Source: Amoebidium appalachense (lineage: Eukaryota > Protista > Ichthyosporea). Taken from it: DNA of 64,000 bases. Each line of letters opens with the position of its first letter. Position 1 is the first letter of the stretch. Shown here piece after piece: positions 29,063-41,448 of this stretch. The notes under the pieces were generated by a model. That model was not told the origin of the DNA. It worked only from the letters and a program-made list of their open reading frames with translations, and ran no database searches. The position numbers were made by a program, and so were the translations under genes. The stretch covers positions 9,608,196 to 9,672,195 of the forward strand of contig CAVNZM010000008.1 in the NCBI GenBank assembly GCA_963693365.1. The letters run 5' to 3'.

Positions 29063-32000
29063 TGTGCGGGGTTGCACATACCGGTGTCTACTTTTCTTCT
29101 TACTGTTTTTCTCTCCACACACTTCATCTGTCCACTTCTGCATACCCCCTTTCATAGCTATAGACACACTTCACACATTGCGTTACGCGCACGCATGCAC
29201 ACACCGCTCTGTTGGCGACAGCTCCCTTGGAACCCATGCGGCATGTTACCCGCCGGCGTAACATAACTCGGACTATCGGTTTGGCTTTTTTCAAGCCCAA
29301 AGCAATGGGTGATACCATATTTCCGGCTGACATCCGGGGGCATAGCTTTCCGTTCGAAGACGATAAAGTTCCGCCCTAGTAAGCGTGTTACTACCCTGCG
29401 GCGTGGGTCAAATCTCATATTTTCCCCTCTGATTACGAATTCTGTGGCCTTCGGGACTTAATTCTTTTCAGCTGGTGTAGTATGTTAGCCAGGGAAGTAT
29501 CGACTTAGGTATCGACGGGGGAGCTTCCTAGAAGCCCCGTCTCCTGAGTTCCTATCTATATTTTTCTTGCTTCTGCTTACTGCTGCAACTTTAACCCCCG
29601 GCCTTTCCCACTGCCCTTGCCTGCATAAGCAACCCTGCTCGTCTCTGATCAAGACGGGTGACCTACTCATGTTCAAGTGAAACAGTATCTGAGTTGGGTT
29701 TCGTTAACGAGGGGAATAGGTCGAAACTCGGGTACTGTGGATGACGTGGGCCCCCCCTGAGGATGGGCTCTGCTTATTATGCATACTCTTTATGTATGGC
29801 TTGCATTCTGCATCGTGTTATCCGTTTGTTCTTGTGTACTTCGTACTTTTTGACGCATTCAAACCCCCCCCCCCCCCCCCCCCCCCCCTCTCACACACAC
29901 AACCACCACAACCACCACCACCACGCCGCCACCACCACTCCCCCATTCTTTTGGAATTTTCAATCTTCTTCCCTCCTGAAAACGGCCCACCCTTGCACCA
30001 GAATAGCAGCCTCCCCCCCCCCCCCCCACCCCCACCCCCACCCCCCTTTCACTTCATACACGGACACTAACACACACACACGCACAAAAATCCCTCCCCA
30101 TGCCCCCCCCCCCCCCCCTCCCCCCCCCCCCCCCCCCCCCCCCCCCCACACACACTCAAACAGCAATCTCTCCTCCTTCTTTCTCCCTACTCCCTATCCG
30201 TTTCCACTCACCCGTTTTTCCAACCTTTCTTCCCTTACACACTCGCAGGCACTAGGGCTTGGGCTCAACGTGTTTGCATACATCGTCAAGCCATTCCAGC
30301 GCATGACAAAGTACCAATTACTTCTGGACGCCATGCTCAAGCAGATCCCCCCTGACGACCCAAAATACGGACAGCTCTACCTGGCCTCGCAGGCTACAAA
30401 GGTCTCAAAACACAAGCATCCGCACAGACGCGTGGGCAAATGAAAAATGTGTGTTGCAATTATGTGTTGGGCGGGGGGAGAATGGGGGGGGGGGGAAGAG
30501 GGGGCGCGGTGGGGGAGGGGGAGGGGAGGGGAGGGGGGAGGGGCCAGATATTTGCAGCTGACCAAGACCATGGTGGTCATAGACCAGAAGTTAACCATTT
30601 TTTCAATTTATTTCCCCTGGTTTTCCCACAGAGCATGCATCTATAGCTAACCGAGACCAAGGTAGTCATAGACCAGCGGTTTGCCGTTTTTCCAACTCAT
30701 TTCCCCGGTTTTTCACAGAGCATGCATCCTAGACCAGCAGTTTACCATTTTCCCAACTTATTTCCCCCGGTTTTCCCCACAGAGCATGCAGCTGCAACTT
30801 AACGAGGCCAAGGGTGTGATGGACCAGCAGCTTTCTCTTTTGCGCAAAATCAGCAACATGCCCATATCTGATGCAAATGCACGCCACACACTACTTGGTC
30901 AGCTGGTCTTGGAGGCCGACGTAGTCGAATCCCCTAATGTATATAACACTTCCCCCCCCCCCCCCCCCCCCCCCCCCGCCGCCGCCGCCCAGCACGAACA
31001 CAGACGCACGCAGACGCGCACGCATGTGTGCTTGCACACATGCACACGCACACACACATGCACGTATGCATGCGCGCGCACACACACACACATACACATG
31101 CACATGCACGCACACGCAAACACACACAAAAACATAGGCACACAGACACATGCGTGTGCACACACACACAGACACTTACTCACGTATGCACGCATGAGGT
31201 CCGGTCCTTCCTACACACCCAAGCACCCACACACCCACCCTAAAACTAGCTCCTCCCCCCCCGCCCCCTCCCCCCTCGCCGCCGCCCCAACACACACACG
31301 CGCACACAAACACTCGCACACACACAACCACCCACCTTATACCCACACCCTCCAACACCACAGGCAAAACAACGGGACAGGCATCTTTTCCTCTTTGAAA
31401 ACGGTCTAGTGGTGTGCAAGCGAATGGGTGCGGCGGGGGGCGCTCAGGGGCAATTCCAATACCGCTACGGTATACACGTAGATTGGATCATTTCGACACG
31501 ACAAGTTCCGGAATCACCACAACATTTCGAGGTTTCGTGCGTGCGTTTGGGTCTGACGGAAAACGAAGCGGTGAGGCAAAACGTCGGGACGAGTTTGGGT
31601 GGGAGTAGGAGGTGTGTGGTGTATAGTATGAGGGATGAAAACATAGCGCATAGGTGGCAGAATCTCGTTACTGTGAGGTTGTTTGAGCTTACGTTTGTAA
31701 GGTCTACTGCTCCTACGTCGGTGGGGGGGATTCACCACCCCCCTGTCTCTCCTACACCGAGTGGGTTACCTGCACTTCAGGAAAAGGTAGTTTGTGTGTG
31801 TGTGTGGGTGTGTGTGAGTGGGTGGGTGGGTGGGTGGGTGGGTGGGGGGTTGAGTGGGGCGGTGGGTGGGGGGGGGAGGGCAGGATGGGGAGGGAGCGGG
31901 GGGTGGGGGGGGGGGGGTGAGGGGGAGCTGCCCGGGGGGGGGGGGGGGGGGGGAGTGTTTGGTTGAGTGTGTGTGTGTGTGCGTGTGTGTGTGTGGATGT

Positions 32001-32260
32001 TGGTTGGTTGGTGGGTGAGTGTGTGTGTGTGTGTCTGTGTGTGCGTGTGGGTGGGTGGGTGTAGGTGGATGGGTGGTGGGTGGGATGGGCGGGTAGGTGG
32101 GTGGGTTGGGGGGAGAGGGGGTTTGGGTGTGTATGTGTGAACGTGGTTGGGTTTACGAAACAGAGAGAAGTGGAACGGAAACAGAAATGCTAGGGAGAGT
32201 GGTTGGTAGGAAACAGTATATGGTCGTAAGGCGTTGTAGTGTTGGTGGCGTGCAGCTCAA

Positions 32261-32298
<38 letters not shown>

Positions 32299-32413
32299 AC
32301 ACACACACACATACACACACACAATCACACACTTTTGCAAGCTGCATTGTTTTGTTCGTCGTGAATGTGTACTTCATAGTCTGTAGCACATTCTAACCCC
32401 CCCTTCCCCCCAA

Positions 32414-32503
<90 letters not shown>

Positions 32504-34675
32504 TCTATTCAGGCACCCGTCCTCCCCGCAATCAACTCACTCCCAGATCTTGATCTCGATATGCTCGTTGGAGACCCAGAGTTTCAAACCGTAAGCCTAC
32601 CCCCCCCCCCCCCCCTCTCCCCCCCCCCCCGCACTCGCATCCTGCTTACGCTGCATAACCGTTTTATGTTCATATCTGTTCTCTGTTCAAGTTAACTTTT
32701 AATGCACAAAAGATCGGTTTCTGTTTTCTTGTCTTGTTCTTTGTGGTTTTCGTATGCCTTTCCTTCCATCTTTGCCACGGTCGAATGCATACAAGCCCCG
32801 ATCCCCCCCCCTCCCCCCTCCCCCCCCCCCCCCCCCCCCTTTCCCCCCTCTCCCCTTGCCCCCCTCATCTCTATGTGATCCCTACCTCTTTCCAGGGGAC
32901 TGTGTGCCCCCCCCCCCCCCCTCCCTCCCTCCCTCCCTTCCCCCTCTCCCCCCTCCCCGCCACCGCCGCCGCCCTGCCCCTATGATGGGCTCTACTCGTG
33001 TTGCAGGAAAAACGGACAAAATTCTGAAAATATTAAATCAAAAATTCCCCCCCCTCCCTCTCCCCCGCGCAGTGGTTGAGATCAGCGACTGAGCTGGAGC
33101 TTCTTGGGGAGTTGGCCACCAAGGAGACAAAACTGGTGACGGAGAAGAAGAGTCTGGATGGTGCAAAGAAGTTGCTGGAAACTTACATTGTAGGTGTTAC
33201 TACCCCTACTAGTAATAACACTACTAACACTGCTTACTGCTGTAAATATATTAGTATTACTGATAGTGCTTCTACCACTAATACCATTACCACTATTACA
33301 ATGCTGCCACTACTACATACGGCTTACTGCTGCAACTAGTGAAATGTACTAATAGTGCTAGGGGGGGAATGTGCTGTTTATTAACGACATGTAGGTGAGC
33401 TGTGATGAGTTGTCGGCACCAAGGCCAACAAACAAGATATACATTGTAAAAAACCAACGTTACGCTTACATCATACAATTATATGTGGAGATATAACGTA
33501 TCAGATAGACATCATATATGTTGAGATTTAACGTTATCTTTTATAATACTACTACCGCTACTATTACTAGTACTAGTACTACTCCTAATACTGCCACCAC
33601 CACAACTACTAATATAGCTGCAAGTCTGATTTCTACCACCACACCACCACTGTCACCAATATTTTCACTACTTCTCCCCCCCTCCCCCCCTCCCACCCCT
33701 TCCCCCCGGCCGCCCCCCTTCCTTGCTTACATGCCCGCCTAACCCAACACATTTCTTTGTGTTCCATGTAATGGTCTACATACCAAATGATCTGGTATAC
33801 CTATTCAAAGTGGATGATTTACTAAATATCAAAAGTATTATATCCCCAGGAATGTCACATTGACTCCCCTGCCATTTACCCATTTTCCCTTGGTGTTATA
33901 TCCATATCCAAGGACATCACGCTCACTCTCTGAATGCCTATCCAAATCGGATGATTTACCAATTCTCATCAGTATTGTATTCAAGAATATCCAAGAATGT
34001 AACATAAACCCCCTGTCTTTTACCCATTTTCGTTGGTGTTATATCCATATCCAAAGACATCACATTAACTTTTTATCATTTTCCTGTCTCAGAGGATGAC
34101 AGATGAGTTCCAACCACATTTAATTCCTGTCGTTTACCCATTTTCATTGGTGTTTAATCCCAGGATATCACATTTTAACTCTGTCATTTTTCTGTCACAG
34201 AGGATGAAGGATGAATCCAACCGGAGGGCGGTTGAGGGATTTGTTGCCACACAGGAGGCTGTGGTCAAGGTCACACAGCAGGAGATAGGTAGGCGGTGTT
34301 TATATCTCCCCATATACACATATGCATAAAGACACACACACGCGCGTGCATGTGAACATACACACATGTGCGCGCACACACGGATATACACACACATGTA
34401 CGCACACATAAACGTGCAGAGATATACACAAACAGGGACACAGGGGCATACTTGCATACACACACACACGGGCATGTGAACATACGCCCACACACACTGG
34501 ACATAGACACATATGTACGCAAACATAAACGTGCAGAGACATGCACACAAATAGGGACGCAGGGGCATCCATGCATGCATACACTCACATAAAGGCACAC
34601 TCGCTGGCACAAAGGCACATAGGACACAAACACTACACATGAACGGATGGACGCAAGCAGGCAGCATGCACACAC

Positions 34676-34730
<55 letters not shown>

Positions 34731-34853
34731 AAACACACACACACAGCACACACACATAGCACACACACCATTGGGCTACTCTTGGCCCCTTCTCGTGTCC
34801 AAACACCATTTCCTCCCCCTCCTCCTCCCTCCTTCCCCCCCCCCCCCCCCCCC

Positions 34854-34891
<38 letters not shown>

Positions 34892-35209
34892 CCCCTCCCC
34901 CCTCCCTCCCCCCTTTTCCCCTTATCCAACGCTGGTGGTTTCCGTAATTGGTTGCATGCTTCATGTGTCCGGGTGCACCTTTAAGGTGTGCATGCATGGG
35001 GAGGGAGGGAGAGGGGAGGGACTCGAGAGCAAGAGCCTTAACTGATGTTGGGAAGAACTTGGATGTATGATGTTAAGTCTTATCGCTCCGTCTGATTGGG
35101 CTGTGGCTTGCAGATGTGATTCAGGCACGTGTGGAGCAGCTGAGAAGGAAGGAGGTCGTGCCTGAGGTATCAGATCCCCCCCCCCCCCCCCCCCCCCCCA
35201 CCACCACCA

Positions 35210-35299
<90 letters not shown>

Positions 35300-35310
35300 G
35301 GGGGGGGGGG

Positions 35311-35345
<35 letters not shown>

Positions 35346-36656
35346 GCGCACACAGGCACACTCCTCCGCGCTCACACACACATACATATAGCCACACATC
35401 CTACAAATGCGCGCGCACAGAGACACCACACACACACAGACACATACACGCGTGCGCGCGCACCTAGTACAGGCCCATGTGCCGTGCCTTCGCTATGTGC
35501 TGTGTGTGGAATCCAAGCTCTCTATGTAGGAAACTTCGTGGGGAAAGAAGGAAAAGAAAAAAGCAAAAGCAAAAGCAGACCGAAAGGAACAAGCCAAAAA
35601 GAGAAGGAGAAACATATAACTGTCTTAGGTGCATCCGTATATACACCAGCAAGACAAGATCACACGTTCAACTCGTTATCTTCTTCTTTCACAGCCGGTG
35701 GAATTGGAGCCCAGTGAGAGTGGTGATGGCTACCAATCAGACGGTGCTGAGTGTTTGGACGATATGGATTTGGATGAGCCGGGGTTCTGGGCAGTGGTGA
35801 TGTATGACTTTGTGCCCGAGGAGGAGGGAGAGCTGGCTGTGCAGGGTACGTGTGGGTGTGGGTGTGGGTGTGGGGCGGGGGGGGGGGGGGGGGGGGGGGG
35901 GGGAGGGGGGGGGGGGGGGGGGGGAGAGGGCTTGGGTGGGTGGGAGGAGTGGAGGTACGGGTGGGGGGATGGGGGGGGAGGGGGGGGTAATGTCTGTGGG
36001 TATGACTTTGTGCCCGAGGAGGAGGGAAAGCTGGTTGTGCAGGGTACGTGTGTGTGTGTGTGTGTGTGTGTTTGGGGGGGGGGGGAGGGGGGGGGGGTTT
36101 GCGCACGGAGGGGGGGAGGTGGGGGGAAGGGGGGGAGGGGGGAGGGGGGCTAGTGTGTTGGTGTGGGTGTAGATGTTTTGATGGGGGGGTGGGCTGGTGT
36201 GCAAAGAGTAGGTGTTGTGTGCGGATGTGTGTATATGTGTGTGTGTGTGTTCGTGCGTGTGTGTGTACACCTCTTGCCTGGGGGAGGGATGGGGGGGGGG
36301 GGGGGGGGGGGGGGGGGGGAACAATGGGACTGACATTGGCTACGTGTGAGATGGTAGGTGTGTTTGTGATTTGTGTGTTTTTTTTTTGGGATGGAAAGGG
36401 GAGAGGGCGGGAGGGAAGGTCTGGGGAAGAAAGCGGGTAGGGAGGGAGGAAGGTAGGGGGAGGGTGGGGCTGAGAGAGTCAAATAGAGATATGCAAATAG
36501 AGAGTTATCCGAAACAAACAGAAAAAATGACAAAGACACAGAGGCGAAGAACAAAAGCAGACACACATCGATCCACACAAAACCAAAGGGATACCAAGGT
36601 TGAGACCATGGATTGGAACACATCACATGACCACCAGTCGCTTTTTTTTTTTTTTT

Positions 36657-36704
<48 letters not shown>

Positions 36705-36991
36705 GCGAGAGAGAGAGGAGGATGGGATGGGAAAGATATTTAATCATAAAAATTAACGATCAAATTTCATTGCATCACAGAGGGACAAAGAGTGTTTGTG
36801 TACCACACACGAGACGCAACGGGAGATACGGAGTGGTGGGTGGTGGGCCCGACGGAGGAGGAGGTACCCACCATATGTGGCTGTGTCCCTGCTAGCTACC
36901 TGGCTCCTTTGGATGAGGTACGTTGCGAGGGGAAAAAAAAGAAGAAAAAAAAAAGAAAAAAAAAGAACAGAAGGCCCGGGGGATGAGAAGT

Positions 36992-37022
<31 letters not shown>

Positions 37023-37599
37023 TGGGGGGGGGGATTGCTGCACGTATGTGAGGGGGGGGGGGGGGGATGGGGGGGGGGGATTGCTGCACGTATGTGTCTG
37101 TGTGTGTGTGTGGGGAGGTTTGGGGGGGGGGGGGGGGAGGGGGGGAGTGTTTGCTCACATGTGTTGGGTGGATACACACGCAGAATGGCAACGCGGAAGG
37201 GGGATTTGAGTATGACGTGCATATGGAGGGTAGGTGGTGTATTCATCAACTGTCATCCTCCCAACACATGCGCATGTGCACAGACAAGGACACAGAAACC
37301 TACCATACACACAAATGCTGACACACATGCACACGCATGCACCTGCACGCATGCGCACACACACACACACACAGGCACTCCCACGCCCACGCATGCACGC
37401 ACACACGCAGACACAAATACAGACACACACATTTGGACACACACACACCACGCCACCATTACCGTATTGGCTACAACCACCAATATGATCACGATACTCT
37501 ACCTCATCACTCCTCCCCCCCCCCCCCCCCCCACCACCACCACCAATACCACTCGTACACACACCCACCCTTTGAGTTTTTCACCCAGCCTCTCATACA

Positions 37600-37639
<40 letters not shown>

Positions 37640-38262
37640 ACCACCACCACCACCACCACCACCATCCCCCCCCCACCACCACCACCCTTTCTTTCTTTTT
37701 TATGCTTTTGCACACACACACACACACACACACACAACCGGCACCGGCCTTGCTAAAGGGCTCCTTTTCCTGCCGCTGTGTTTGAGGTCACCGTGTATTT
37801 CCATAAAGATTTGTAATTTTTGTTCTGTTGGCACAAGTTAAAGAGCTTGTGAGACACATCCCATAGATTAAAGTGGTTTCTTTTAGGCCGACTCATTGTC
37901 ACGGCTTTTTGGTCCTCGGGTCGGGCCAAATGCTGTTTGATGCGCACCAAGCCAATCATATTGCATAAATCTCATTTGGGTCCGACCCGACCCGGATACC
38001 TAAGCGAAACCCCCCTTAAGCTGATAAGTTATTTCCTCGCACACGTACAGGGTCATACTCACTCGATTGAATCACAGAGATTCCCGAGGAACCCGAAGAC
38101 GGTATGAAGTACGTATACTCACTCGATTGAATCACAGAAATTTCCGAGGAACCCGAAGACGGTATGGAGGAAGCATATGATGTGCCCAATCATGATGCGG
38201 TGCCATCCGAAGATGTGCACATGGAAGACGCTGTTCCAGATCACGATTGGCAGGTATAGACC

Positions 38263-38293
<31 letters not shown>

Positions 38294-38484
38294 AAGAAAG
38301 AAAGAAAGAAAGAAAAGAAAAGAAAAGAAAAGAAAAGGCAGCAGAAACATGAATGGAGTAAAGAAGATTGTTAGATTAAAACGGCGGAACACACTTGCAC
38401 ATGTACAAACAAGATGCAAAAGCATGCTGGTGTGCATTCGAGCACACACACGTCTCACACACACATGCCTCAACACCACACGCG

Positions 38485-38532
<48 letters not shown>

Positions 38533-38570
38533 CACACTCACACACTCACCCTCACCCTCACCCACACATC

Positions 38571-38605
<35 letters not shown>

Positions 38606-41232
38606 ACACTCACACACTCACCCTCCCCCTCCCCCTCTCACCCACGCACACACACACACATACTCCCCACACCCACACATCCTCCACACACACGCGGGCG
38701 CTCTACACCCTTACTTACCTCCACACCCCACAGCACGAATACCCGGAGGAACCCCACCACCACGACGACTCCCAATACCACCACGACACCGCCGATACGG
38801 ATCACCACGACCCATCCATAGAACAGCGTGCTCCACAAATCGGCGATGAAAGCTATGACCAACCGTCGTTTCTCGGTCCAGACAGCGACGCGTCATTTGA
38901 CAGAATGGAAACCTCCGTCCCGGGACAGAACGACGAAACACACCAACAAGAACACGTCCCCACCTCACCTTCCTCACCACCGCCCGTCCACCCCCCTGCC
39001 TCCCCACCATCTTCCGTCACCCCCACCCGTTCTATCACCCCTCCTCCTTCCACCGTTCCCGTACGCCCGGCTTCGCCCCCTCGCCCAACCCGTCCGGCCA
39101 CACCCCCACGCACCACCCCTCGCGGCTCGCCAATTTCTTCCCCGAAAGCAGTGCACCGGTCCCCCGTTTCTTCTCCCAAAGCTGGTTCCAAATTTGCGTT
39201 GTCTCAACCCCACACGGAGCAACAACAACAACAGCAACAACAACAACAACGACAACCTACACCCATGGAAATATCACACGACGAAGAACCCCCCCGGGAA
39301 ACACCCCCAGCAGCCGCAATTTCAGAGGAAAAACCGCCTGTTTCATCCTCGGTGGAAAACAAAGAACGCCTCGTTCCGGTTCCGGCGGTGCGTGTTCCAC
39401 CCACGCCAACGCATGGAGCAACCGTTCCCGAAACTAATCGGGAGGATGAGAAGGAGGTATCAGGGGCTAAGAGATGGGGTCTGAGGAAAACTTCGGGAGA
39501 CCGTTCACCGGGTATCAGCCCAACCCCATCAGCCGCCGAAAACGAACTTATGGCGATTTTCAACCGGCGACAACAGAGGAAAAGCGACGCGTCGGCGACG
39601 GAAACTCAATCGCTCACCACCGCCCAAATTTCGGCAGAATCACCGCATACCTCTCCCATCCCCCAACACCCATCCCCACCCCCGGCGGCAAAACCAAAAC
39701 CAACCCCGGCGACCCGGCCCCCGACGCGGGGCCCGTCGTCCCCGTCGACCTCCGCTGTCCAATCAGATCTATCCGCTACCGTTGCCATGGAAACGGATCA
39801 TGAGGAGCCAATTAAGTCGCCAGCCCCTAAACCTCGTAGCCTGTCATCGCCGCCGCTCCCAAAACATGATCTGATCCCACCCGCTCGCCCTAACCCTCCC
39901 GAAGAACCCACTATTTCACAGGAAACAAAATCTCAACCGGTACCCGCCGGCCGTCCTTCTATCTGGGCTAAACCCGGACTTGCTCCCAAACCTGCCGTAG
40001 CCGAAAAACCCACCATTAACTCCAAACCCACCCCACCAGCCAAGCCCACACCCCCTATCCCTTCCACCCAACCATCTACTCATTCAACCCCCACCCCGGC
40101 AACCAAAATTTCGTCGGAACCTTTTTCGACGGGGACCCAACCTTTACCGTCCCCACGGAAAACATCGGCCGGCGAAATCCGAACGCAGCCACAAGAAAGT
40201 TCCCCTCCGGCACCAGTTCCGGCATGGAGAAGTGGTTTGAGGAAAACACCAATCGAGGTTGGAGTCCCGAAAGCGCCGGCCCGGAGCGATCTGTCGTGGT
40301 TGAATCGAAAATCGGAATCGCAATCGCAATCGGGATCGGCGCAACCGGTAGCCGAATCGAGCCCGGCAATCGCTCCGGAAGCCGCGAAGCCTCTTCCAAG
40401 TCCGACGCCCAAATTTGCTGCAGATATGCAACAACCCACACCCGCACAAAACCCCCCCCAAACCCCACCCAAAGTTTCTCCTCCCGCTGAAACCACGAAA
40501 ACACAACCGGTGGCTTCAAAACCATCACCCCGTCCTCCGGTACAACCAAAACCGGCACCGGCCATCGCGCCAAAACCGGCCATTGCGCCAAAACCAGTCC
40601 CTGCGCCAAAACCGCTTCCGAAGCCCGTGCGGACCCCGGCCGAGGAGGAAAAACGACAGAGGGAGAAGGAGGAGGAAAGGAAACGTGCAGATAGAGAACA
40701 AGAGGATTTGCGAAGGAAAAAGGCGAAAGAAGACGAAGAACATAGATTGGAGAGGGAGAAATGGGCGCGAGATTTGGAGGAGCAAAAACGGAAACACGAG
40801 TTGGAAATCGCCGCGAGCAGGGCCGCGGAAGCGGCAAAACTTGCGGAGATCGAAGCGAAATATCAAGCGGCGGCCAAAGAAGCAGAAAAGGAAAACACAA
40901 ACGTTACAACGGAGAAACCAAAACCAGATGTGGATGTTTGGGAGAAAAGATGGAGTTCTGTGCACGGGGTAACAGGGACTCCGCGTGGGGAAGGGGAGTT
41001 CGAAGGGGCGGGTAAGGGTGGCGCGTTTGAGGGTAGGAAGGGGCAGAGTCTGTTGGTGCGTCGGGGCACGGTCAACATGATGGAGTCCCAGGCGAGAATG
41101 ATGGCTCGGTTGAATTCCGTCCGCAATTCAATTTCTTCGGGTACGTTACTACGCGCCCCCTTCCCCCCCCCCCCCCCCCCCCCCCCCCCCGCCACCACCA
41201 CCACCACCACTCAGACACACACACACCATTCC

Positions 41233-41284
<52 letters not shown>

Positions 41285-41385
41285 CCGCCGCCGCCGCCTT
41301 CCATCCACACATGCGCACACACAATTTTAAAGGCTCTTTGCTTTAATGACTGCAATCATCTAACACATACGTCATACCCCCCCCC

Positions 41386-41448
<63 letters not shown>

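Larger units (their letters stand above)
25598..29863 (+). mobile_element. Penelope-like retroelement, Naiad/Chlamys type, 5'-truncated, in RhoGEF intron 3
   Basis: Starts right after a C tract (ends 25597) and ends ...GTGTACTTCGT...CGCATTCAAA just before another C tract (29864). The 3' end is defined by homology to the copy at 60923-61260. Contains an RT ORF and a ~2.1-kb 3' tail. Confidence 0.85.
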
